Origin: a virus
DNA length: 64,000 nucleotides
Strand: one strand, 5' to 3'
Virus record (IMG/VR): IMGVR_UViG_3300042514_001858
Location: 64,001 to 128,000 of that record
The notes under the pieces are model-generated. The model was not told where the DNA came from, made no database searches, and saw nothing but the letters and a program-made list of their open reading frames with translations. Every line of letters begins with the position of its first letter. Position 1 is the first letter of the stretch. Made by a program: the position numbers and the translations under genes. Positions 9,392 to 17,102 of this stretch are shown here, piece after piece.

Positions 9392-10309
9392 TTAGTCATC
9401 TAATCCAGCAAGAAGATCGTCAATTTCATCATCGTCATCTTCAACTACTTTCTTTTTTGGGGTCGATGTCGCTTTCGACTTTACATGAACCATGGGAATG
9501 TCATCTTCATCTTCATCTTCATCGATTACTACTTCTTTTTTGGCTTGTTTTAGAGGCTTGCGCTCTTCTTTCTCTGCACCAACGAAGAAGTGTTCGTTCA
9601 GAACTTCTTGAAGCTCATCGTAAGTCTTCACGGGATAAACTGCTTCAAGATCATGAAGAGACTCACAAATCTTATCAATCTCTTCCTCATCCAAAACAGT
9701 CTTGGACTTGGTAGTGATGAACGAAGATTCGAATGTGGTGTATTCACCTTTCTTCTCAGCAACGATCTTGAAATCATGTCCTTTAGTCGGGTCGAAAATG
9801 TCCCAACCAAGTTCATCGGAACGCTCCCCTTCGGTGGCATCATCAATGATTTTCTTAATTTGTGGACCCATACGAAGAATCCTCGTAGTGCCATTGTTTT
9901 CTGGTTTAGCAGGATCATTGATCACGTAAACATTCACAAGCCACTGCTCTTTCTGAGCAATTTCTGCTTTGTATTCTTTGTTCTCAGCTTTAGGATTAGC
10001 TTCTTTCCAGCTTTTCCAAAGTTTCCAACGAAGTTCAGAGATTGGATCACGATCACCAAAAGTTTGAAGACCAATGTAGCTCATATAAGAACCTGTTGCT
10101 TTGCTATTCCAACCATTCACCCAATGATGGAAGAGACTCTTTTCAGGATTCTCCACATTAGGGATCAGACGCAGAGTGTATGTATTGCCAGCAGGAAAAC
10201 TCATAATATTTGAGAATTGTCCACCAGATGATTCATTACCCTTGTTTAAAGCTGCTTTGATCGAATCGAACATTGCAGCACCGAATTTGCTTTTTGTTTT
10301 TGTTGCCAT
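9392..10309 (-). CDS. gp32: Single-stranded DNA-binding protein
   Basis: LRLIP, NVYVINDP..PENNG, IFDP..G.DF, acidic tail IDDLLAGLDD. Confidence 0.92.
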   Translation of the reverse strand: MATKTKSKFGAAMFDSIKAALNKGNESSGGQFSNIMSFPAGNTYTLRLIPNVENPEKSLFHHWVNGWNSKATGSYMSYIGLQTFGDRDPISELRWKLWKSWKEANPKAENKEYKAEIAQKEQWLVNVYVINDPAKPENNGTTRILRMGPQIKKIIDDATEGERSDELGWDIFDPTKGHDFKIVAEKKGEYTTFESSFITTKSKTVLDEEEIDKICESLHDLEAVYPVKTYDELQEVLNEHFFVGAEKEERKPLKQAKKEVVIDEDEDEDDIPMVHVKSKATSTPKKKVVEDDDDEIDDLLAGLDD

Positions 10310-10321
10310 ATTGTTGTTTAG

Positions 10322-10960
10322 TTATTGTAGTTGATTTGTTATTTTGTCAATTGCTTTTTTTGAGAAATCCCGCATCTTCCTGCTCAGATAGAATTTGTTT
10401 TTCGTTTTTTGAAACGTAATCCAAAAGTCTGAGAAAATAAAATCCAGAATCCGATTCTCTACCTCGATTTTTGTAACACCTAAAGCATGAAGCGCATACA
10501 TATTTATATGATGGTTCTTCAGATGGTCAATCATGTTCGGTAGAGCGTCTTCAATATATAATGGATATTCTTTCAAAGTCAAGTTTTTTTCTTTGCAGAA
10601 ATTTTTGACAAATTTAAGACTATCCACCAATCGATTGAGAGAACTTTCCGAATCAGGATCATCCATCTCAATTTTCTTCATGTATTGAGAGTATGCCTTC
10701 TTTGCTTTGGAAGTCAAGTAAAAATCCAAATCAAAATAGTCATCATCCTCAAAAATTACGTAAGGGGCAGCGAAATAATCATCAATTTTAATATTTTGAT
10801 AACTATTGAAAAATCTTTCCAGAGAAGCGAGACGATCTAGCTTGGTTTGATCCATGTCGGAGAAATCCTTACGAATCCGAAATGGTTTGTCACGCATCTT
10901 GCGGGAGATGGCGAGATGAGAATTGTAAATTCTCTTTTGAAAGTCTGTCATATCAATCAT
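10322..10960 (-). CDS. Hypothetical helical protein, possibly gp59-like helicase loader
   Basis: Size and position directly upstream of gp32 only. Confidence 0.4.
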   Translation of the reverse strand: MIDMTDFQKRIYNSHLAISRKMRDKPFRIRKDFSDMDQTKLDRLASLERFFNSYQNIKIDDYFAAPYVIFEDDDYFDLDFYLTSKAKKAYSQYMKKIEMDDPDSESSLNRLVDSLKFVKNFCKEKNLTLKEYPLYIEDALPNMIDHLKNHHINMYALHALGVTKIEVENRILDFIFSDFWITFQKTKNKFYLSRKMRDFSKKAIDKITNQLQ

Positions 10961-11179
10961 TTAATATCTATCATTATAACTCATGAACGCATCCATGCAA
11001 GCGTCTTCTGTCATATCACGAATATCCCATTCAACAGATTCCAACCATCTTTTATTAAAATTGATACCATCAACATGTTCAGATAGCCATAAAATATAAG
11101 ATGGTTCAATATCAGCAATCTCATCAAAAGATTTACCTTTATATTTCCCAAAATTAATTATATCCTCTGGTTTTTTCAT
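10961..11179 (-). CDS. Small FGKYKG-motif protein (DUF3820/ExoX C-terminal-like)
   Basis: INFGKYKGKSFDEI...PSYILWL. Confidence 0.7.
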   Translation of the reverse strand: MKKPEDIINFGKYKGKSFDEIADIEPSYILWLSEHVDGINFNKRWLESVEWDIRDMTEDACMDAFMSYNDRY

Positions 11180-11460
11180 TTCTTTCTCTTTTTCTGCTCT
11201 GAATTAATGTATTTCGTGATGAACTTACTACGTGAAATAGTAGGATCATAATCTAGAAACACTTTAACAAGTTCTTGGTCAGAGTCAAGAGATAAAATGG
11301 TTTTCAAAATTGTTTTTAGCCTTTCCTCTTGGAGAGTAGTCACGAAAACATTCTGAATGGATAATTTTTTTCCTTTAAGATGATTTATAAAGGAACAATA
11401 GCATAGAAAGAGGTGATTTGTTTCCTCTTCCACAATTTCTGATGATGGATCAAAGCTCAT
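11176..11460 (-). CDS. Hypothetical protein
   Basis: Coupled overlaps with both neighbours. Confidence 0.6.
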   Translation of the reverse strand: MSFDPSSEIVEEETNHLFLCYCSFINHLKGKKLSIQNVFVTTLQEERLKTILKTILSLDSDQELVKVFLDYDPTISRSKFITKYINSEQKKRKK

Positions 11461-12320
11461 AATTCTGTAAGTGTTTCGCTGAATTTCAAAAATTCTTTGG
11501 TGATTTTACCTCCTGATGCCCATTCGCCGCCACCACCGTCACCACCGTCACACAGATTAGCAGCCATTTTAGCAATGTCAACCTCCGATCCTTTACATTT
11601 TCTAAAAGAAACGAATTTTGTATCAGGGTTCATTACAATTACAGCGTCTCCTTTATAATTTTCCATAATGGAATGGCTCAATTCATTCACGGAGAACTTA
11701 GAAATCGTGGAAATGACCTTAAATCCTTCCCATTCTCCTGTGAATAGTTGAATTTGCTCCAATTCTTTTTCTAATTCCTTGAAAAAACCTTCAGCAAGCT
11801 TAACTTCTGTGGTAGTGAACCCGTCAAACCCGTTCCAGAAGCGATTTACAAAATTAATAAAGCGATTTCCACCAGATTTACGATAAAGAGCATTGAGATA
11901 CTTGGTTTCTTCGTGTTTTAGATCATATGAATTGTAATCATCGACGTATAGGAAGAATTTTTTCAAATCTTTCGTAAATTCCACCTTTTCTTTGAATTTT
12001 TTATACAACATCTTGGTGCAAGATGAACATTCTTCCTGAATCATGGTTGAATCCCATGTTTTGAAGTCTTCGGGACGGTCTGAAACGAACACCACACGAT
12101 GATCGTCAATCTTTTTGATAAGATTTTGATCTAGAACCATGCCGACTACGAAGATTTTATCATAATCTTCTGCATTTTCTTTAGCCCATGGTAGATATTG
12201 TTCTTCAAACTTACCAAAAAAACAATGACGATACTCAAAATTCTTAAATAAATTACCTAAAAGAACTGTAGAACCAATACCATCCAAATCTGAGTTGACC
12301 CAAGCAAAGATACGTTGCAT
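11457..12320 (-). CDS. Degenerate DHH/DHHA1-family protein
   Basis: SDLDG motif I, VDDYNSY, VSFR...GGG; DHH replaced by DRP and GGGH by GGGE; start MQRIFAW at 12320 behind promoter. Confidence 0.7.
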   Translation of the reverse strand: MQRIFAWVNSDLDGIGSTVLLGNLFKNFEYRHCFFGKFEEQYLPWAKENAEDYDKIFVVGMVLDQNLIKKIDDHRVVFVSDRPEDFKTWDSTMIQEECSSCTKMLYKKFKEKVEFTKDLKKFFLYVDDYNSYDLKHEETKYLNALYRKSGGNRFINFVNRFWNGFDGFTTTEVKLAEGFFKELEKELEQIQLFTGEWEGFKVISTISKFSVNELSHSIMENYKGDAVIVMNPDTKFVSFRKCKGSEVDIAKMAANLCDGGDGGGGEWASGGKITKEFLKFSETLTEL

Positions 12321-12324
12321 GTCA

Positions 12325-12352
12325 TAATTACTCGGATTTAAAGAATTGTCAA
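12325..12352 (-). promoter_or_regulatory. Promoter TTGACA-N16-TAATTA for DHH gene
   Basis: Direct inspection; conserved in duplicate copy at 13341-13368. Confidence 0.65.
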
Positions 12353-12360
12353 TCATAATA

Positions 12361-12449
12361 ACACAACATGTCGCTCCATCCAACGGCTCAAAGTCGTCTG
12401 TTTCGTATTCAGAGTCTTACGTTCGCCGTGGATGAGCTAGACGTTCGGC
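12361..12449 (+). mobile_element. attC: Integron attC site 1 (89 bp)
   Basis: R'' ACACAAC, 5 nt, L'' GCTCCATC, CAACGGC...GCCGTG, L' GATGAGC, 5 nt, R' GTTCGGC; unpaired C and A give bottom-strand extrahelical G and T. Confidence 0.9.
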
Positions 12450-12997
12450 AAAATAATCCCCCACCCCCCTCCTCCCGACGACAAAGAGAAACAACAAACA
12501 TTATGACAGATAATACAAAGAAAGGATATTTTGATGAAAATCTCACTTTTGATGGGATACAGAAGACAATCGATGATTTAGTAACAAATTACCCAAATCA
12601 TATCGGCGTTATTACCGCAATTGGTAAGTTGGGTAGCTTAATGTCAATTTTACACGATGACAACAAAGAACAAAACCGACTAACAAAAATCCAGAATAGG
12701 CGAGTGGAGATTTTATCTTGGGTTGTCGGTGTTTGCACCTTGATTACGACATTTGCAACCATCATGAGTATCTGTAAGTGAATTACGGGCAAACCAATCC
12801 ATAATCTCTTTAACTTTTCTATCCTGTTCACGATTGAATGATTCTTGATATTCTTTTTCAGTGTCTCGTTTGTCAGCATTTGTAATAAATCTCCACATCC
12901 TAGAAAAAAATGAAGAAGCCGAACAAGACGCTCCATCCAACGGCGAAAACGTCTTTGATTGTTTCGGACTCTGTTTGCGCCGTGGATGAGCTAGACG
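12444..12997 (+). mobile_element. Integron gene cassette (554 bp)
   Basis: Begins TTCGGC; its own attC starts GCCGAAC, complementary to GTTCGGC; ends at G|TT. Confidence 0.85.
12503..12781 (+). CDS. Cassette-borne small membrane protein (92 aa)
   Basis: Canonical cassette orientation; coiled segment then C-terminal TM ILSWVVGVCTLITTFATIMSI. Confidence 0.65.
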   Translation: MTDNTKKGYFDENLTFDGIQKTIDDLVTNYPNHIGVITAIGKLGSLMSILHDDNKEQNRLTKIQNRRVEILSWVVGVCTLITTFATIMSICK

Positions 12998-13027
12998 TTG
13001 TGTATTATTTTTATTTTTATTTTTCAT
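12713..13027 (-). CDS. ORF starting outside the cassette and reading through attC2 into it
   Basis: Promoter TTGACT-N16-TACAAT 9 nt upstream; RLAHPRR...PLDGASCS is attC-encoded. Confidence 0.5.
   Translation of the reverse strand: MKNKNKNNTQRLAHPRRKQSPKQSKTFSPLDGASCSASSFFSRMWRFITNADKRDTEKEYQESFNREQDRKVKEIMDWFARNSLTDTHDGCKCRNQGANTDNPR
12918..13003 (+). mobile_element. attC: Integron attC site 2 (86 bp)
   Basis: R'' GCCGAAC-AAGAC-L'' GCTCCATC-CAACGGCG...CGCCGTG-L' GATGAGC-TAGAC-R' GTTGTGT. Confidence 0.9.
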
Positions 13028-13036
13028 AAGGTCTGT

Positions 13037-13064
13037 ATTGTATACTAGTTTTTAAGAAAGTCAA
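13037..13064 (-). promoter_or_regulatory. Sigma70-type promoter pointing into the attC array
   Basis: TTGACT-N16-TACAAT. Confidence 0.7.
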
Positions 13065-13381
13065 CCATTTGATAATTTTTGCAATAAGTCCAATTCATCA
13101 TTGTCCATAATTTCTTCCTCATCAATCTTTTTGATAAGATTTTGATCTAGAACCATGCCGACGATAAAGATTTTATCATAATCCTCTGCGTTTTCTTTAG
13201 CCCATGGTAGATATTGCTCTTCAAACTTACCAAAAAAACAATGACGATACTCAAAATTTTTAAATATGTTCCCCAAAAGAATTGTTGATCCAATTCCATC
13301 CAAATCGCTATTGACCCATGCAAAAATTCGCTGCATGTTATAATTACCAATTTCTATAAAATTGTCAATAGGTGATTCCAT
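13061..13381 (-). pseudogene. Chimeric remnant: DHH-gene 5' end fused to gp41 3' end
   Basis: 13122-13368 closely matches 12106-12352; 13104-13124 identical to 14252-14272; tail EEEIMDNDELDLLQKLS vs gp41 EEEIMDNNELSLLEKLS. Confidence 0.85.
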
Positions 13382-13411
13382 ATAAGAATCTTAGAATAGG
13401 ATTAAGAGAAA

Positions 13412-14203
13412 TCAAATAACTCTTGGTTCATTTTTAGATTTAATTACATAGCTACTCATAACCTTGTTATATAAATCAGGTTGAACTTTTTTCAACCTAT
13501 CAAAACCTATCATAGATTTATTATACATCAAATATGTTCTTATTTTTGAAAATGATTCTTTGCGTTCAACACATTCAGCATCGTAAATATATTTAATATT
13601 TCTCTCCAATCTTGTGAATCCTTTATCACCATCCTCATAACCAAAATTTAAATACCACATAATGTTATCAGGATTTTTTGGAGTTGCAGTGGTAAAAAAC
13701 CCAATTTTAAATTTGGTGTTTTCTTTTGGTTCTTGGACTCTGTTTTGTAGGCTATTAAATCCGCGTTGCCCCACTTGTGTCGAACTAGGATTATGTCCAA
13801 CCGAATATACGGAATATGCATATGCTGGATTGGATGAAAAATAGACTGAATTTCCTATAGCTTTGGAATCTTCACCCTTGGAAAAGGGGTCGGGATTTTT
13901 ATGTCCCCTATACACCAAAGAACCATCTTTAGGTAAAGAGTCGAACCCCTCTTTCAAATAAAATCCGTAATATTTCATCACCTGCTCCAGATATTCGTTT
14001 TCATCGTTACGAATATCTTGGGTAATACTTCCACTTCCCATAGTTTGTTTATACTGAACTGCATCATCACGATTTTTTTTATAAGATGCAACATCTTTAA
14101 TGGAAAAGCTATCATCTTTTCGATCAAACATAGTTCCAAAAGGTCTATTACCTTCCCTTTTTTTTGTGACAAATTCTTCAAAAAATATTTTAAACGATAC
14201 CAT
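13412..14203 (-). CDS. Late protein with ADP-ribosyltransferase-like motifs
   Basis: LVYRG, VYFSSNPAYA..Y, distal AECV; TAAATA-N5-ATG; MVSFKIFFEE N-terminus. Confidence 0.5.
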   Translation of the reverse strand: MVSFKIFFEEFVTKKREGNRPFGTMFDRKDDSFSIKDVASYKKNRDDAVQYKQTMGSGSITQDIRNDENEYLEQVMKYYGFYLKEGFDSLPKDGSLVYRGHKNPDPFSKGEDSKAIGNSVYFSSNPAYAYSVYSVGHNPSSTQVGQRGFNSLQNRVQEPKENTKFKIGFFTTATPKNPDNIMWYLNFGYEDGDKGFTRLERNIKYIYDAECVERKESFSKIRTYLMYNKSMIGFDRLKKVQPDLYNKVMSSYVIKSKNEPRVI

Positions 14204-14211
14204 TCCATTAT

Positions 14212-15525
14212 TTAATCACTCAACTTTTCAAGAAGGCTAAGTTCATTATTATCCATAATTTCTTCCTCATCATCTGCCTGATATATAGAAAGTGTGGAAT
14301 AATTAATTCTCATGGCTTGTGTCATTCCTCTCGGTCCGAACCTATTTTTCATCATTCCCAGACGAATTACTGCCATTTCTTGGTCTTCTTCGTTCTGGAA
14401 GATAGATACAATCACATCAGCAGTCATAACAATAGCCAAAGACTCAGCAACACCTGACATATCAGGGTTATTTTGTCCAACAGCAGATCTATTCAACTGA
14501 CAAGCTGAAATAATAGGGCATTTATAGACATAAGACAATGCTCTGACCTGTTCGCAGATGTTTTTACCCTTTTCATAGCTGTTACTACCAGCAGCAGTCA
14601 TCAAAGTAAGGTAATCAAGCACAATAGCATCAATTCTGATACCAGAATCTTTCATTTTCTTGATAAAAGCTCCCAATTGCTTAGGTGTAATCGTAGATGG
14701 GGGGAATTCTTTGATATAAATGCGCCCATCAGTGTTCTTATGCTCTTGTTCAAGGGCATGTCGAAGCGTTGGGACACAATTACGGAACTCCTTCATGGGA
14801 ATCTTCGTCACATTCGAAGCAATTCTCTTAGCATAGAGCGTTTCCGACATCTCCAGAGTCACAACAAGCACATGTTTACCTTGGGATGCCATGTTTGCCG
14901 CCACATTACCAAGGAAAATGCTCTTTCCAATGTTAGATTGACCCGCAAACACATACAATGCCTTACCAGCTTCTTGAAATCCACCGTCCAATGCCTCATC
15001 TAACCATGCCCATTTGGAAGAAATAGTGGTTTCATCACTCAAAATGTCATCAATGACCTTTTCAACATCACCATAAAGCTCAATTCCTTTATCAACATTG
15101 AGATTGATACCAGCAATCTTCTCAAATTTCTCCACGATCTTGGCGGTATCGGCTTCTCCTTCCGATATTTCTTCTGCTGACTCCAAAATGGAGTGATACA
15201 TGCCCCGTTCCTTGAGGAATCTTTCTGTATTCTCATACAATTCATCCTGATTGTGATTGGAATCGATCTCTTTGAATGATTCAATTAACTTTTTGAAGTT
15301 GGTTTTGAGTTCATCTGTCGTGAGATATGTCTTCACCTCTGTGAATGTGGGAAGAGATTGTCGTTTCTCGTAGAAATCTGCAACAATCTCAAAATATTTC
15401 GCAATATTTTTATCCGTGAAATACTTGGGTTGGACGTAATCAGCAATGGATGCCAGATAAGCACCATTCGTGATCGCGTTCTTCACAAGAACCTTTTCAA
15501 AATAATCAAAATCTATTTCAGACAT
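14212..15525 (-). CDS. gp41: Replicative DnaB-like helicase
   Basis: GQSNIGKS, TLEMSE, IKEFPP, LDYL, QLNR, KNRFG. Confidence 0.95.
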   Translation of the reverse strand: MSEIDFDYFEKVLVKNAITNGAYLASIADYVQPKYFTDKNIAKYFEIVADFYEKRQSLPTFTEVKTYLTTDELKTNFKKLIESFKEIDSNHNQDELYENTERFLKERGMYHSILESAEEISEGEADTAKIVEKFEKIAGINLNVDKGIELYGDVEKVIDDILSDETTISSKWAWLDEALDGGFQEAGKALYVFAGQSNIGKSIFLGNVAANMASQGKHVLVVTLEMSETLYAKRIASNVTKIPMKEFRNCVPTLRHALEQEHKNTDGRIYIKEFPPSTITPKQLGAFIKKMKDSGIRIDAIVLDYLTLMTAAGSNSYEKGKNICEQVRALSYVYKCPIISACQLNRSAVGQNNPDMSGVAESLAIVMTADVIVSIFQNEEDQEMAVIRLGMMKNRFGPRGMTQAMRINYSTLSIYQADDEEEIMDNNELSLLEKLSD

Positions 15526-15694
15526 CTATAATTTTACTTTTTTGTACTAATTCTTTAGTATCACCTTCTTGCATTTGACGAATTTTACCACTGTAATCGA
15601 TTTTATCAGGTTGCCCAGTGTAATCGGGAGCATCAATCATCGTCATTCGCCACTCTTCACCTTTAATAGTAACTATTTCTTCTTTATTGTCCAT
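15518..15694 (-). CDS. Small hypothetical protein
   Basis: Probable start MDNKEE at 15694. Confidence 0.45.
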   Translation of the reverse strand: MDNKEEIVTIKGEEWRMTMIDAPDYTGQPDKIDYSGKIRQMQEGDTKELVQKSKIIDV

Positions 15695-16340
15695 ATGTCT
15701 CCAAATAATATTTCTCACCAGCTTTCCAATCCTCAGTGAATTCTCGCAACCCTGGAGATTCATGAGTAATCATAACATCACCTACTCCAATTTTCAAGCC
15801 TTTTTCTAAAGCTTTTTGTTGCATACAGAGATCATAGAAGTGGAAACCTGATGGACAATCCTCATCAAACCGCACAGTTTCAATCGCTTTCCGATTGAAT
15901 GCCATGAAAACACCATCAATCATCACCACTCTTTGTGGATAAGCACCAAAACTGGTCATATATTTTTTATCACCGTGCTTGTGCGCTACTGCACCGTGTA
16001 GGTGTCCTTGCCCCATTAGATGCCATAGTGCAGGAGACTTGATTTCTGCTTGAGAACACCCTGCTACGCCCACAATATCGAATTCCTGAAATAGTTTCTC
16101 CAGCTTTGGTCGAGGATCATGTTCCAGATGAACGTCATCGTGGATGAACATCACATAATCAAATTTCTCCTTGATGGCTATGTCTAGGAATTCATTATAA
16201 ACCTTGGCAAGTCCTTGGCGATTGTTGAACTTTGGGCGAATAAAATGATCCAAATCCAAATCCAAAGCTGTTTTAGCTAGGGGAAAGTGCCAATTATTGC
16301 CTTTGGTCGCGGTGAAGATACAAATATTAGAATTTGACAT
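15684..16340 (-). CDS. Glycosyltransferase family 2-like
   Basis: GLAKVYN, FIHDDV, IDGVFMA, FHFYDL, HESPG; promoter TTGACA-N16-TAAGAT. Confidence 0.8.
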   Translation of the reverse strand: MSNSNICIFTATKGNNWHFPLAKTALDLDLDHFIRPKFNNRQGLAKVYNEFLDIAIKEKFDYVMFIHDDVHLEHDPRPKLEKLFQEFDIVGVAGCSQAEIKSPALWHLMGQGHLHGAVAHKHGDKKYMTSFGAYPQRVVMIDGVFMAFNRKAIETVRFDEDCPSGFHFYDLCMQQKALEKGLKIGVGDVMITHESPGLREFTEDWKAGEKYYLETYGQ

Positions 16341-16390
16341 GGAATTATCTTAACATGAATACTACAAGTGTCAATTTATTAAATATTAAG

Positions 16391-17098
16391 ATGAACGAAT
16401 TTGATAAATTATTTGAAAAAGTTTTGACTGAGGGAAAATTCCGAAAGTCTTCAAAAGTTATCCATAAACTGGATGTTCCCATGTTTTCAATTTTTTTAGA
16501 TTCTAATTTAAAAGATGTCAAAAATGCAGAATTATGGAATGAAGTTACAAGAGCATTTCAAGAAGCAAAAACACAAATTAATAAAACAGGATTTCAATCA
16601 ATGCATGTAAATGCAGTGTTTGCGAAACCATCTAAAAAAGATGAAGCGGGAGAGGCATTTGGCGATCCTCGGAAGAAAAAATATGAAAAAGACTTAAAAT
16701 ACATCACTCTCGATGTTAAATTTTTAATTGGTTTACAATTAAAAAATAAAGAAATTTACCAACAATTGATCAAAACAATTATTCATGAGTGGGGTCATGT
16801 TTGGATGTTTAATAAAGGTGAATCTTTTTTCACAGCGGTTAAAAGATTTTATCGTCAATTAACAAACAATGATCCCAGATTAAAAAATGATAAAAAACTG
16901 AGAGATGTTTTAGCAAAACTCACCGACTTTCCTCGTTCTTACGGTTTAAAAGATTACCATGAAATGTGGGCAGTGTTGGTTGAACGTTTTTTAGATTTGA
17001 ATCCAGTATACAGGAAGAAAATTTTTGAGTTGATGGATACCAATGAACCAAGATGGGAGCCTAATAGTAAACAAAAAAAAGAAACTAATACTAAATAA
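16391..17098 (+). CDS. Late Zn-metallopeptidase-like (HExxH) protein
   Basis: IIHEWGH; SYG...HEMWA third-ligand pattern; TAAATA-N5-ATG at 16380. Confidence 0.65.
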   Translation: MNEFDKLFEKVLTEGKFRKSSKVIHKLDVPMFSIFLDSNLKDVKNAELWNEVTRAFQEAKTQINKTGFQSMHVNAVFAKPSKKDEAGEAFGDPRKKKYEKDLKYITLDVKFLIGLQLKNKEIYQQLIKTIIHEWGHVWMFNKGESFFTAVKRFYRQLTNNDPRLKNDKKLRDVLAKLTDFPRSYGLKDYHEMWAVLVERFLDLNPVYRKKIFELMDTNEPRWEPNSKQKKETNTK

Positions 17099-17102
17099 TA
17101 TT

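Noticed and set aside
9271-10213. Long antisense ORFs over gp32, and similar ones over gp41, gp43 and gp46
   Set aside because: Expected shadows of codon-biased genes; no promoters or motifs.
12368-12502. 137-aa version of the cassette ORF starting at 12368
   Set aside because: The extension is translated attC1 and spacer; ATG 12503 is the more plausible start.
12361-13003. Palindromes as terminators, REP elements or IS ends
   Set aside because: No U-tracts or transposase; box spacing, extrahelical bases and R-box exchange fit attC specifically.
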